Notes: a model not told the origin generated them from the letters alone. A stretch of 64,000 bases of DNA from an uncultured Anaerolineales bacterium (GCA_964474655.1 CAYYTU010000004.1:2563-66562); one strand, 5' to 3'. Numbered from the stretch's first letter, positions 39,983 to 49,562 are shown. Made by a program: numbers and translations.

Positions 39983-40779
39983 TCCAGCTGGTAGCGCTTG
40001 ATCTGGACGGCACGCTGATCGGTGATCAATTCACGATCTCCGACAACGTGTGCCAGGCCGTCGCCGAGGCGCAAGCACACGGTGTCACTGTCACGCTGGC
40101 CACGGGCAGGATGTTCGAATCCACGGTCCCTTTCGCCCGCCGGTTGAACATCACCGCCCCGCTAATTTGTTATCAGGGTGGATTGATCCAGGCGCCGGCA
40201 GCCGAAGGACCGCTCTACCAGGCCACGATGGACCCCGCGCTGGTGCGAGAGGCGCTGGCCTGGCAGATGGAGCGGGGCTGGCACATCGTCATCTATGCCG
40301 ATGATGCCCTCTTCGCCGCCGAACGCCGATATCCAGAGGACTTCTACCGCGAGCTGCTGGGGCAGAACTTCCACTGGGTCGACGACTGGGCCGATGTGTT
40401 GGAGCAACGCCAACCGGTCAAGTTCCTCTTCGTGGCCGAACCATCCGAGGCCGACGTTATTGAGGCTGCGATGCGAGAGCGGTTCGAGGGGCAGATGGAG
40501 ATCGTGCGTTCCCACGCGATGTTCGTCGAGGGAAATCCGCTGGGCGTGTCCAAAGGCGAAGCGCTGCGACGGCTGGCCGATCACCTCGATGTTCCTCAAA
40601 GCCAAGTGATGGCGGTCGGCGATCAGGGCAACGACGTGACGATGATCGAGTGGGCCGGCGTTGGCGTGGCGATGGAGAATGGGAGCGCGGCGGTCAAAGC
40701 GGTGGCCGATTGGGTCGCCCCGCCGCTGAAGGAAGATGGTGCGGCGACAGCTATTCGGCAGTTCGTGCTGGACAGCTGA
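39979..40779 (+). CDS. Cof-type HAD-IIB family phosphatase
   Basis: LVALDLDGTL (motif I), TLATGR, VGDQGNDVTMIEWAG (motif IV). Confidence 0.85.
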   Translation: MIQLVALDLDGTLIGDQFTISDNVCQAVAEAQAHGVTVTLATGRMFESTVPFARRLNITAPLICYQGGLIQAPAAEGPLYQATMDPALVREALAWQMERGWHIVIYADDALFAAERRYPEDFYRELLGQNFHWVDDWADVLEQRQPVKFLFVAEPSEADVIEAAMRERFEGQMEIVRSHAMFVEGNPLGVSKGEALRRLADHLDVPQSQVMAVGDQGNDVTMIEWAGVGVAMENGSAAVKAVADWVAPPLKEDGAATAIRQFVLDS

Positions 40780-40833
40780 CATAGCCCCAGCCCGATATGC
40801 TGAGCAGGCTCATCGTTGTCCTCGGGTAACCCC

Positions 40834-41583
40834 TCAGGCTTTCTTTTCCACAATCAGAAGATGTGAGAGGCCAAAGAGACGTAACGGCGTGTGCTCCAGG
40901 CTATGGGTGATGGTGCGCAGCAGGCGGCCCAGAGCACCTGTACGGGCGATGATGTTATCGTATCCGGGGTAAACCTGGGTATGGTGGAGGACGTGGACAG
41001 CGAGGCCATCGAAGAGCTGCCGGAGGCCGCTCACTGTGTAGGCCCGTACGTGTGGCGCCAACCGGTTCCGCAGTTGCGCGGGGAGCCAGTTGACCAGCGG
41101 CGCGTTGCCAAAGTGGTACTCCCCTCGCCAGAATATGCCGTGCGTCTCGAAGGGATAGAGGCGATTGGGGACGAAGACCACAATCCGCCCGCCGAGGCGC
41201 GTCACCCGCACCATCTCCTCGACGCAGGCCCGGTCATCAGCGACATGCTCCAGCACCTCGTGGGAGAAGACGACATCGAAGGTTCTATTTGGGAAGGGGA
41301 TCTGCTCTCCCAACGCCTCCACCACGCCAGCGGCGCGCCCCAACGCCTCTTGCGCCCGGTCGTGTTCAATCTCTACCCCGTAGACGTGAGGCGTCTCACG
41401 TTGAAAGGCATCGGTGTACATTCCGACGCCGCAACCCACGTCCAGCACGCGCCGGTCAATCAGCTTGACCCAGCGCCGCACCAGCTGGAAGCGCCGCTCT
41501 TGCCCCGCTCGCCAGACGTAGGAGGGGTGCCCACGCGTAGCGGCCTTATCGTTGACCGAATTTGTCTCTTCTCGGCCGCTCAT
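40834..41583 (-). CDS. Class I SAM-dependent methyltransferase
   Basis: VLDVGCGVGMYT motif I. Start taken at internal ATG 41583 to avoid the 80-nt overlap with ubiX implied by the track ORF. Confidence 0.75.
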   Translation of the reverse strand: MSGREETNSVNDKAATRGHPSYVWRAGQERRFQLVRRWVKLIDRRVLDVGCGVGMYTDAFQRETPHVYGVEIEHDRAQEALGRAAGVVEALGEQIPFPNRTFDVVFSHEVLEHVADDRACVEEMVRVTRLGGRIVVFVPNRLYPFETHGIFWRGEYHFGNAPLVNWLPAQLRNRLAPHVRAYTVSGLRQLFDGLAVHVLHHTQVYPGYDNIIARTGALGRLLRTITHSLEHTPLRLFGLSHLLIVEKKA

Positions 41584-41605
41584 ATCAGTTAGCGAGGCTA
41601 TGCGC

Positions 41606-42217
41606 TTATGCGCTCTTGGGGGCCGACGAGGCCGCTGCGTCCACCGCCTCCGCTTCTCCCCAGCGTGTGTAAAGCTGGTTGTCAATCCCCAGACGCGCCA
41701 ATACTCGCCCGACGGTGGCGTCGATCAGATCGGCGATGGACTGAGGCTGTCCGTAAAGGGCTGGAATCGGCGGGAAGATGACCGCGCCGATCTCAGCAGC
41801 GCGCGCCATCAGACGCAGATGGCCCAGGTGGAGCGGGGTTTCACGCACGAGCAGCACCAGGGGACGGCCTTCCTTGAGCGTGACGTCGGCGGCGCGGCTG
41901 ATCAAGTCGGCGGCGTAGGAATTCGCCACGGCTGAGAGCGTCTTGATCGAGCAGGGGGCAATGACCATACCGGCGGTAGCAAAGGAGCCACTGGCGATGG
42001 CAGCGACCAGATCGTCGGGGGCGTGTGCGTGATCGGCCAAGGCCTCGACTTGTTCCGCTGCCCAGCTGGTCTCGTAGGCGATGGTGAGCCGGGCGGGCGC
42101 GCTGATGACGAGATGCGTCTCTACTTCCGGCCGCTCGGCCAGAAGCTCCACCATTCGCACGCCGTAGATGGCCCCGCTGGCCCCAGATATACCGACCACC
42201 AATCGTCTGGATGGCAT
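41606..42217 (-). CDS. ubiX: Flavin prenyltransferase UbiX (Pad1 family)
   Basis: VVGISGASGAIYGVRMVELL and SIKTLSAVANSYAADLISRAADVTLKEGRPLVLLVRETPLH. Confidence 0.9.
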   Translation of the reverse strand: MPSRRLVVGISGASGAIYGVRMVELLAERPEVETHLVISAPARLTIAYETSWAAEQVEALADHAHAPDDLVAAIASGSFATAGMVIAPCSIKTLSAVANSYAADLISRAADVTLKEGRPLVLLVRETPLHLGHLRLMARAAEIGAVIFPPIPALYGQPQSIADLIDATVGRVLARLGIDNQLYTRWGEAEAVDAAASSAPKSA

Positions 42218-42220
42218 ATC

Positions 42221-42931
42221 TCAGCGCTGACCGACGTGGAGCATAATGCTACCCAGGACCAACATCTGGTAGCGCACGTTTTGCCATCCGGCTTGTTCCA
42301 TAGTCGCTTTCATCCCCTCTGGCGTCTGGAAGCTCTGTACAGAGCGAGGCAGGTAGCGATAGGCCGCCGGCTGCCCACTCAGCAGCCCCGTGATACGCGG
42401 CATAACGTCGGCGAAGTAGAAACGGAATAGCGTGCGGAAGACGGGGATGCGGGGCCAGGTCATCTCCAGGCAGACCACACGCCCTCCTCGACGGACTACG
42501 CGGTGCTGCTCGGTCAGGGAGGCTGGCACATCGGGCACGTTCCGCATCACGAAAGCGCTCACCGCCATGTCGAAGTATTCCTCGGGGAATGGAAGACGAG
42601 TGCCGTCGCCTTGCATCCATCGAATCATCTCGCCGCCCGGTTTCTCCCGGCCCAGGCTCATCATCGCTGTCGTGGGGTCAAGCCCGACGATGTTAGCATC
42701 GGGCCAGCGCTCTAACAGGGCTAGCGCCATATCGCCGGTGCCGACGCCCACATCGAGCACTCGCCCCTCCGGCGGCAACTGGGCCGCCTCGGCGGCGACC
42801 TGACGCCAACGCCGATCTTGCCCTAGCGACATCAATCGCCCCAGCGCATCATAATGATCAGCGATATGCCGAAACAGCCGCGGGGTATCGGAGGGATCGG
42901 TATATTCAACCCCTTGTGACCGGGAGCTCAC
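42221..42931 (-). CDS. ubiE: Demethylmenaquinone/ubiquinone C-methyltransferase (UbiE/MenG family)
   Basis: FRHIADHYDALGRLMSLGQDRRWR...VLDVGVGTGD and VLRRGGRVVCLE. Confidence 0.85.
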   Translation of the reverse strand: MSSRSQGVEYTDPSDTPRLFRHIADHYDALGRLMSLGQDRRWRQVAAEAAQLPPEGRVLDVGVGTGDMALALLERWPDANIVGLDPTTAMMSLGREKPGGEMIRWMQGDGTRLPFPEEYFDMAVSAFVMRNVPDVPASLTEQHRVVRRGGRVVCLEMTWPRIPVFRTLFRFYFADVMPRITGLLSGQPAAYRYLPRSVQSFQTPEGMKATMEQAGWQNVRYQMLVLGSIMLHVGQR

Positions 42932-42977
42932 GCCCCACGCTTCCTTTCCGTCGGGGTATCAACACCAGTGGTCTGGA

Positions 42978-43403
42978 TCAGTGACAACTGCAATCGCAAT
43001 CCTTTTCGTCGCCGTGACAATCGCAGGCCTCCACGATAGCCTCAATCTCGACCCGGCCTCCCAGCGGGAGCGCGGCGACCTCCACCGCCGACCGCGCTGG
43101 CGGGCGCTCTGAGAAGAACTCGGCATAAACGGCGTTCATACGGGGAAACTCGTCCATATCCTGCAAAAAGACGGTGACCTTGACCACGTGTTCCAGGCAA
43201 GATCCGCTGGCTTCGATCACGCCTTTCAGGTTTTCCAACGCCTGACGAGTCTGGCTCTCGATATCTGGCCCAGCGAAATCCTTTGTACCAGGGATTAGTC
43301 CCAACTGCCCGGCGCTGAAGACTAGGCTGCCCAGACGTACGCCTTGTGAATAGGGACCAACCGCAGCCGGGGCTTTATCGGTGGCGATGATCTCTTTTTC
43401 CAT
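42978..43403 (-). CDS. RidA/YjgF family reactive-intermediate deaminase with an unusual Cys/His-rich C-terminal tail
   Basis: ATDKAPAAVGPYSQGV...HVVKVTVFLQDMDEF...RSAVEVAALPLGGRVEIEAIV, then CDCHGDEKDCDCSCH. Start at MEKEI (ATG 43403). Confidence 0.85.
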   Translation of the reverse strand: MEKEIIATDKAPAAVGPYSQGVRLGSLVFSAGQLGLIPGTKDFAGPDIESQTRQALENLKGVIEASGSCLEHVVKVTVFLQDMDEFPRMNAVYAEFFSERPPARSAVEVAALPLGGRVEIEAIVEACDCHGDEKDCDCSCH

Positions 43404-43689
43404 CAATGCCTCCTGTTTGAGTCTCAAGTCTGCACCAAAGCGAAAACGTTTTGTGGAGCTGCGGGGATTATAGCCCGCTCGATTTACAGCGTCAACCGCA
43501 AACGGCTCGCTAATAATTTTGTACCAGACCTGCTCACGGCTGGACCTGCACCACCTTAAACCGTTGACCAAGTGAAGTGGAAGAAACGAGTTTTCGGACA
43601 GCCCCGTATTTGGTCAGCGTGTTAGGCATCGCCCCCCCCACAGCTGGAGGCGTGGACTGTCGTCCACGCCGAGCACCACACGAAGTCCC

Positions 43690-43740
43690 AAGCCATACTT
43701 ACTTGGACTTAGGGTGCCTGGGAACTGCTTCGTTTACCCA
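43690..43740. repeat. Repeat family B, truncated fragment B5
   Basis: TAGGGTGCCTGGGAACTGCTTCGTTTACCC matches the B3 terminal module. Confidence 0.45.
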
Positions 43741-43755
43741 GAAACGGGGCCTTAT

Positions 43756-43784
43756 TTGACCGCTTCTATCTCTTAAGGTATAAT
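43756..43784 (+). promoter_or_regulatory. Consensus sigma-70 promoter for rpmH (TTGACC-17-TATAAT)
   Basis: -35 at 43756-61, 17-nt spacer, -10 at 43779-84. A 10-bp leader hairpin CTCCCACGCC...GGCGTGGGAG lies at 43836-43867. Confidence 0.6.
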
Positions 43785-43923
43785 TTACATTCCGACTGTT
43801 GAATTTATGCGAGCGTCTATCCGGGTGTGATCGGGCTCCCACGCCGTTCGAGTTATGGGCGTGGGAGTACATCTGTTAGCTACCGGGTAGCCGTGAGCCT
43901 GTTGAGAGTATGGGGAGGAGAAA

Positions 43924-44100
43924 ATGCCTAAGCGAACATACCAACCCAAGAAACGGAAACGCAAACGAAAACACGGCTTTCGAGCACGTCAGTCGACCAA
44001 AAGCGGACGCAAAATCATCAAGCGTCGACGCAAAAAAGGGCGAAAGCGACTGGCTGTCGGTAAGCGCCAGGCGAAGAAGTGGAACTGGAAGGAGAAGTAA
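43924..44100 (+). CDS. rpmH: 50S ribosomal protein L34 with a 13-aa basic C-terminal extension
   Basis: [45 protein letters not shown] is canonical L34. It continues [25 protein letters not shown]. Absent from the track because it is under 60 aa. Confidence 0.85.
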   Translation: MPKRTYQPKKRKRKRKHGFRARQSTKSGRKIIKRRRKKGRKRLAVGKRQAKKWNWKEK

Positions 44101-44196
44101 TCCCTTGCCGCTGCTTTATGCCGATAAAGGGGTAAAGCAGCGGTCAGCTCAGAGAGCGCCACTCGCGCTAAATCGGGTGCGGTACGTCCAGATTGA

Positions 44197-44535
44197 ATGG
44201 AGCGACGAATTCGGCTACGGCGGGCGGGCGATGTCCAGCAGGTGTACGAGGAGGGCCATTCTTGGGCTCACCCGTTGCTGGTGCTCATCGCTCGTCCCAG
44301 TGAACTCGAGTTCAGCCGCGTGGGCGTCACGGCCAGCCGAAAGGTAGGAAATGCTGTGGAACGTAATCGAGCTAAACGCCTTCTGCGTGAGGCAGCACGT
44401 CATCTTTATCCGCAGTTTGAAGCTGCTGGACAAGATATCGTGTTGATAGCGCGGCCTCAAATCGTGGGGGTAAAGGAACCAGCAGTTGAAGAAGCACTCT
44501 CCACCTTGCTGGATCGAGCTGGATTGTGCGCCTAG
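44197..44535 (+). CDS. rnpA: Ribonuclease P protein component
   Basis: [15 protein letters not shown]...[26 protein letters not shown], the RNR motif region. Confidence 0.85.
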   Translation: MERRIRLRRAGDVQQVYEEGHSWAHPLLVLIARPSELEFSRVGVTASRKVGNAVERNRAKRLLREAARHLYPQFEAAGQDIVLIARPQIVGVKEPAVEEALSTLLDRAGLCA

Positions 44536-44536
44536 T

Positions 44537-44857
44537 ATGTTGAACTGGAAAAGATCAGGCGAAACGGGATTGAACCTCAACGGTAGCCTCCACGCAACTG
44601 ACAAGGACCCCACACAAGATTATAGAGGGCCGAAAGCCATTCTGCTGGGGGTCATTCGTCTCTACCAGATAACCCTGTCGCGTCTGCTCCCTCCGGCGTG
44701 TCGCTTTACCCCTTCCTGTTCTCAATATAGTTACGAGGCCATCGCCCGCCACGGCGCTATACGTGGCATAGGGCTGGCCATCAAACGAATTACTCGCTGC
44801 CATCCGTTTAACCCGGGTGGCTATGACCCTGTGCCTGACTTGGAGGAGGATACGTAA
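44537..44857 (+). CDS. yidD: Membrane protein insertion efficiency factor YidD
   Basis: [36 protein letters not shown]...[15 protein letters not shown] 1 nt after the rnpA stop. Confidence 0.85.
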   Translation: MLNWKRSGETGLNLNGSLHATDKDPTQDYRGPKAILLGVIRLYQITLSRLLPPACRFTPSCSQYSYEAIARHGAIRGIGLAIKRITRCHPFNPGGYDPVPDLEEDT

Positions 44858-45991
44858 TTGAATCGTCTTTGGACGCGACGCTGGCCCCCCTTACTGACGG
44901 TGTTGGCCGCGCTACTTTTCGTCACCAGTGGCTGTGCTGGAGGCGCTGCCAGAGCCTCGAGCTGGACCGGTATGACCATTGCAGGAGAGATGATCTACGC
45001 TGCAGATTTGCAACAGGTCATCGCGCTGGATACAGAGGACGGCCAGCCGGTCTGGACATTCCCCAACAACCAACAAGATGACGACCGTGGCATGTTTTAC
45101 GTCACGCCGACCGTGGGCGAAGGGCTGGTGATTGGAGCTTCTCAGCTATCCTCGGGCGGTATCATCAGCCAACAAGATGATATTATTTGGGCGTTGGATA
45201 TAGAGACTGGCGAAGAGGTCTGGCGTTTCGAGGATGCCTCGGGGCGCTACGTCGAGGGCGGTGTTTTGAGCGACGGGCTCTTCGTCATTGGCAATGATGA
45301 TGGCAACATCTACGCGCTGGACGTCGAAAGCGGAACGCTCAGATGGACCTTCAAAACCGGTAACAGCGTATGGGCCACCCCTCTCATTGCCGATGACACC
45401 GTCTACGTGGGCTCAATGGATAGACGTTTCTACGCCCTTACGCTGGACGACGGACAAAAAAAGTGGGATTTCGCCACTAAAGGCGCTTTCGCTGGAACGC
45501 CGGCCTTGCTCGACGGGACGCTTTACATCGGCGCCTTCGACGACACCCTATACGCCTTGGATGCGGCCACCGGGGAAGAAGAATGGCAGATCCAAGGTGC
45601 TAACTGGTTCTGGGGTAGCCCCGCGATTGACGACGACACAATCTACGCCGTCGACGTGGATGGCAACGTCTACGCTCTCGCTGCAACAAGTGGCGAGGAA
45701 CGCTGGCGAGAAGCCCTTGAGACGCCAGTGCGGGCCGGAGCAGTGTTGTCCGACGATGGAAGTCGTCTGTTCATAGGCTCCGAAGACGGCACGCTCTACA
45801 CGCTGGATGCCGCCAACGGCTCTCTGATGTGGCGAAACGAGAGTGAGGGGCGCGTCCTTTCGAGCCCGGTCGTGAGCGGTTCGACAGTTTACAAACCGCT
45901 TATCTATGGGCCACATCGCATCATTGCGCTCCATATCGACAATGGTCGCGAGCTGTGGGCCTATCCACAGGTAGAGGAAGAGCAGGAGTAG
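44858..45991 (+). CDS. PQQ-repeat beta-propeller protein with signal peptide ending in Cys (possible lipoprotein; BamB/YfgL-like fold)
   Basis: About eight repeats of the type DG.L/VYAL/VD..TG...W.F. Signal peptide ...LLFVTSGC. TTG start immediately after the yidD stop. Confidence 0.8.
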   Translation: MNRLWTRRWPPLLTVLAALLFVTSGCAGGAARASSWTGMTIAGEMIYAADLQQVIALDTEDGQPVWTFPNNQQDDDRGMFYVTPTVGEGLVIGASQLSSGGIISQQDDIIWALDIETGEEVWRFEDASGRYVEGGVLSDGLFVIGNDDGNIYALDVESGTLRWTFKTGNSVWATPLIADDTVYVGSMDRRFYALTLDDGQKKWDFATKGAFAGTPALLDGTLYIGAFDDTLYALDAATGEEEWQIQGANWFWGSPAIDDDTIYAVDVDGNVYALAATSGEERWREALETPVRAGAVLSDDGSRLFIGSEDGTLYTLDAANGSLMWRNESEGRVLSSPVVSGSTVYKPLIYGPHRIIALHIDNGRELWAYPQVEEEQE

Positions 45992-46000
45992 AAACCACCA

Positions 46001-46780
46001 GTGTTTGATTTTATAGCCTATCCCTTAGCTAACTTGTTGCTTCTTTTTTACAACTTTCTGGGCCACCAAACGGTCGTCGCCATCGCCGTGCTGACGATTC
46101 TGATCCGACTTCTCATCTTGCCCTTGACGCTAGGCCAACAACGATCAGCACAGAAGATGCGCGAGCTACAACCAGAGATCGACAAACTGCGCGAAAAATA
46201 TAGCGACAATCAGGAGAAACTGGCCGAGGAGCAAATGAAACTCTGGCGAGAGGCCGGGGTAAACCCAGCGGGTGGGTGCCTGCCAGTCCTGATCCAGCTA
46301 CCGATTATGATCGGACTCTATCGGGCCATCACTTACTGCGTGCCATCCACCCCTTTGCAGCTGTTCCAATTCTCCCAAAATATCTACAAATGGCTACCGG
46401 GCATCGAAGGGTTGGTACCGTTGCAAAGCACATTCCTGGGCGTAGACCTGGGCCAGCCGCCCAGCCCCGACCAATGGTGGTCATACGCGCTACCGTTGCT
46501 GGCCTTCGTCACCTCCTGGCTACAGCAAAAGATGTTGAGCCCCACGATGTCCGGAGGCTCCGGCGATGGACAGTCGCAGACAGAGATGATGACCCAACAG
46601 ATGCAGATTATGATGCCCTTGATGTTCGGGTTCATCGCCCTCCAATATGCAACCGGGCTCTCCTTTTACTTCATCATCTCCAACCTGGTGGGGATAGCGC
46701 AATACTACTTCATCAATAACTCACAAGAGGAAAGCCCTTCTGATCCAAAACCGCAGCGGCGAAAGCCTCCCAAGCAATAG
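46001..46780 (+). CDS. yidC: Membrane protein insertase YidC/Oxa1 (short form)
   Basis: GCLPVLIQLPIMIGLYRAI and the C-terminal YYFISNLVGIAQ. 259 aa, five TM. GTG start. Confidence 0.9.
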   Translation: MFDFIAYPLANLLLLFYNFLGHQTVVAIAVLTILIRLLILPLTLGQQRSAQKMRELQPEIDKLREKYSDNQEKLAEEQMKLWREAGVNPAGGCLPVLIQLPIMIGLYRAITYCVPSTPLQLFQFSQNIYKWLPGIEGLVPLQSTFLGVDLGQPPSPDQWWSYALPLLAFVTSWLQQKMLSPTMSGGSGDGQSQTEMMTQQMQIMMPLMFGFIALQYATGLSFYFIISNLVGIAQYYFINNSQEESPSDPKPQRRKPPKQ

Positions 46781-46912
46781 ATCACTCCCCGAAACGGCCC
46801 CCAGCCTCGCAGGGAGCTAACCCAGTTCGCTCGGGGGCCTCAGCTGAAAGATTTTTTCGGCAATAGATTCATTATTGATTCGCGTTGAGCGATTGTCGGA
46901 GGAGAACAGTCG

Positions 46913-47809
46913 ATGGTAAACAAAGAACGAGTGATAGAGACAGCGGGTAAAGACGTAGAATCGGCAATCAGCACCGGCCTGGCACAGCTTGGCGTTGAGC
47001 GCGATGACGTCGAGATCGAAGTGCTGGATGAGGGCCGGCAAGGTATGTTCGGCATCGGGGCCCGGGCGGCCCGCGTGCGCCTGACGACCACGGTTTCCAA
47101 AGAGCCCAAGTCAGAGCCGTCCCCTATGCCGGAAGAGCCGGAACCCCCAGCAGAGCCCAAGAAGCCCAAGAAGCCAAAGAAACCGCCGGAACCGACGAAG
47201 ACGAAGCCGCCAGAACCGGAGCCGGAGCCAGCGCCGAGCGGACCAGAAGAGGTCGAGGAGATCGAACCCGCGCCCCACAAACCAGAAAAACCGGTCCAGC
47301 CAGCTTCCCAGCCCGAACCTTCTGTCTCCGATGCCGTGGAACGCGAGGTGGTCTATGGCGTGACGGAAGATCTACTAGCGATTATGGATATGGAAAACGC
47401 GCAGATCCACGTTGAGCGCGCCGAGCCCGGCCCCAACGACAGCAAGGTGCCACCGTGGGAGATCGACGTGCGCGGCTCCGGCACCGACGCGCTGATCGGC
47501 CACCACGGTGAGACACTCGACGCTTTCCAGCGCATCATACGGCTGATCGTCGGGCGCGAGATGAGATCGTGGGTCCACCTCGTCGTGGACGTGCAGGGGT
47601 ACAAAGAGGAGCGAGCCGAAAAGCTACGCGCCCTCGCCTATCGGATGGCGAACCAGGCCGTCGATAGCGAGCGCACTGTGGTGCTGGAACCTATGCCGCC
47701 CCACGAGCGCCGGGTGATCCATGTCGCGCTGTACGACGATTCCCGGGTGACCACCGAGAGCATCGGCGAGGGCGATCGACGTCGCGTCACCATCACCTCC
47801 AAGCGATGA
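46913..47809 (+). CDS. jag: Jag/KhpB (SpoIIIJ-associated) RNA-binding protein with Jag_N, KH and R3H domains and a Pro/Glu/Lys-rich insert
   Basis: N-terminal VIETAGKDVESAISTGLAQLGV. C-terminal R3H region VLEPMPPHERRVIHVAL. Confidence 0.85.
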   Translation: MVNKERVIETAGKDVESAISTGLAQLGVERDDVEIEVLDEGRQGMFGIGARAARVRLTTTVSKEPKSEPSPMPEEPEPPAEPKKPKKPKKPPEPTKTKPPEPEPEPAPSGPEEVEEIEPAPHKPEKPVQPASQPEPSVSDAVEREVVYGVTEDLLAIMDMENAQIHVERAEPGPNDSKVPPWEIDVRGSGTDALIGHHGETLDAFQRIIRLIVGREMRSWVHLVVDVQGYKEERAEKLRALAYRMANQAVDSERTVVLEPMPPHERRVIHVALYDDSRVTTESIGEGDRRRVTITSKR

Positions 47810-47842
47810 GCGCACAGACCGTGACGGGGGCGAGCAATCTTT

Positions 47843-48781
47843 ATGGTCGCGTTAGACTACCTTGTCATTGGTCACATCACGAAAGACATTGAAGCCCTGG
47901 ATTCGAGGAAACGGTGGGCTGACTCCAGGGCTAAAGCCGGATCGAAGCCTCCCGCCCGCGTGACTACTTTCAAGGGGCTCGGCGGGACTGCTTTGTACGC
48001 TGCCCGAACCGCGCACGCTTTGGGATGCCGCGTCGGCGTCATCACCAGCGCCCGTCCCGAGCTCGATCTGCGGGCAACGTTGAACGAGGCGCTGGTCGTC
48101 TGCGTCCCCGCCGCCGAAACAACCATCTTCGAGAACCGCTACACCGACAGCGGTCGACGCCAGCTCCTGCACAGCGTCGCAGAAACACTGACGCCGGCTG
48201 CAGTGCCGGTCGATTGGAATCCCACCATCGTCCATCTGGGCCCGGTGGCCCGGGAGTGCGACCCGTCACTCATTGAGGCTTTCGCGGACGCCTTTCTCGG
48301 CCTCACACTCCAGGGCTGGCTGCGCCACTGGGATCAGGACGGACACATCTATCCGCACGAGGAGGAGGCGGCGGTGGAAAAGATGCTCCCACAAGCCGAC
48401 GCCGTAGTGGTGAGCGAGGAAGACGTGGACGGCGATCGGGCGATGGTTGAGCGCTACGCCTCACAGACACATCTCCTGGTCCTGACTCAGGGGGAGAGAG
48501 GCTGCACGGTCTACACCGCCGGTCAAAAGCATAACATACCCGTCTCGCGCGTAGAAGAGGCCAATCCGACCGGTGCCGGTGACATTTTCGCCGCTGCTTT
48601 CTTCGTCAAAATGGAGCGCGGGGGAGATCCCTGGCAAGCTGCACGCTTCGCCAACTGCATTGCTTCGCGCTCAGTGACCCGTTGGGGGCCGCTGGCAAGC
48701 CCCCCCAGACACGAAGAGATCGCTCGCTGCGAGCAAATCGCCGAAGAGAAAGCCTATGCCCCATATTTACGCACTGGCTAA
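47843..48781 (+). CDS. PfkB-family carbohydrate/nucleoside kinase
   Basis: DPTGAGDIFAAAF (PfkB signature 2). Confidence 0.8.
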   Translation: MVALDYLVIGHITKDIEALDSRKRWADSRAKAGSKPPARVTTFKGLGGTALYAARTAHALGCRVGVITSARPELDLRATLNEALVVCVPAAETTIFENRYTDSGRRQLLHSVAETLTPAAVPVDWNPTIVHLGPVARECDPSLIEAFADAFLGLTLQGWLRHWDQDGHIYPHEEEAAVEKMLPQADAVVVSEEDVDGDRAMVERYASQTHLLVLTQGERGCTVYTAGQKHNIPVSRVEEANPTGAGDIFAAAFFVKMERGGDPWQAARFANCIASRSVTRWGPLASPPRHEEIARCEQIAEEKAYAPYLRTG

Positions 48782-49562
48782 CCAAAAAGGCGGCGTCGGT
48801 AAGACGACCACCGCGATCAACGTGGGGGCCTATCTGGCCGAATGGGGCTCGCGGGTCCTGCTGATCGACATCGACCCTCAGGCCAATGCCACATCCTCTC
48901 TCGGCATCGACAAGCGAGCAGTCTCGTCCTCCATCTACGACGTGCTAGTGCAGGAGCTACCACTCAAGCGCATCGTGCAACCAACCGAGCAAGCGCTTCT
49001 GGACATCGCCCCCTCCACGCCAGAGCTGGCCGGAGCCACCGTCGAGATGGTCGATCTGCCCGACCGCGAGTATCGCCTCCACCAAGCCCTGGAGGATCTG
49101 GGACCAGGTTACGACTACGTATTGATCGATTGCCCCCCCAGCCTGGGCATTCTGACGGTGAACGGCCTCACAGCGGCCCAGAGCGGCGTGATTATCCCGG
49201 TCCAATGTGAGTATCTGGCATTGGAGGGGCTTTCTCAGCTGGCGCGTACGATCCGCTTGGTGCGCCAGTCCCTCAACCCCGATCTGAAATTGCGTGGGCT
49301 GGTGATGACGATGTACGACGCGCGCACGAACCTCTCACAACAGGTAGTCGAGGAAGCACAGCGGTACTTCCCCGATCGTGTCTTCGAGACCATCATTCCG
49401 CGCAACGTGCGGCTGAGCGAAGCGCCCAGCTTCGGCGTACCGGTGATGGTCCACGCCCCCAGTTCGACGGGCGCCCAGGCCTACGCCGAGCTGGCCCGCG
49501 AGCTGGTAGATAGCGAAGAAGCATCCCAGCATCAACACGAGGGGCAACATGTCGCCACGTAA
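48756..49562 (+). CDS. parA: Chromosome partitioning ATPase ParA/Soj
   Basis: IYALANQKGGVGKTTTAINVGAYLA (deviant Walker A), DIDPQANATS. Confidence 0.9.
   Translation: MPHIYALANQKGGVGKTTTAINVGAYLAEWGSRVLLIDIDPQANATSSLGIDKRAVSSSIYDVLVQELPLKRIVQPTEQALLDIAPSTPELAGATVEMVDLPDREYRLHQALEDLGPGYDYVLIDCPPSLGILTVNGLTAAQSGVIIPVQCEYLALEGLSQLARTIRLVRQSLNPDLKLRGLVMTMYDARTNLSQQVVEEAQRYFPDRVFETIIPRNVRLSEAPSFGVPVMVHAPSSTGAQAYAELARELVDSEEASQHQHEGQHVAT

Noticed and set aside
43572-43923. oriC / DnaA-box cluster upstream of rpmH
   Set aside because: No TTATCCACA or TGTGGATAA matches. Only a lone TGGATAA at about 15803, elsewhere. No AT-rich DNA-unwinding element here.
46796-46858. Possible terminator after yidC (GGCCCCC...GGGGGCC + T-run)
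   Set aside because: A 7-bp stem with a 30-nt loop and the T-run 11 nt away is too weak to call confidently. It may be part of the jag 5' leader.
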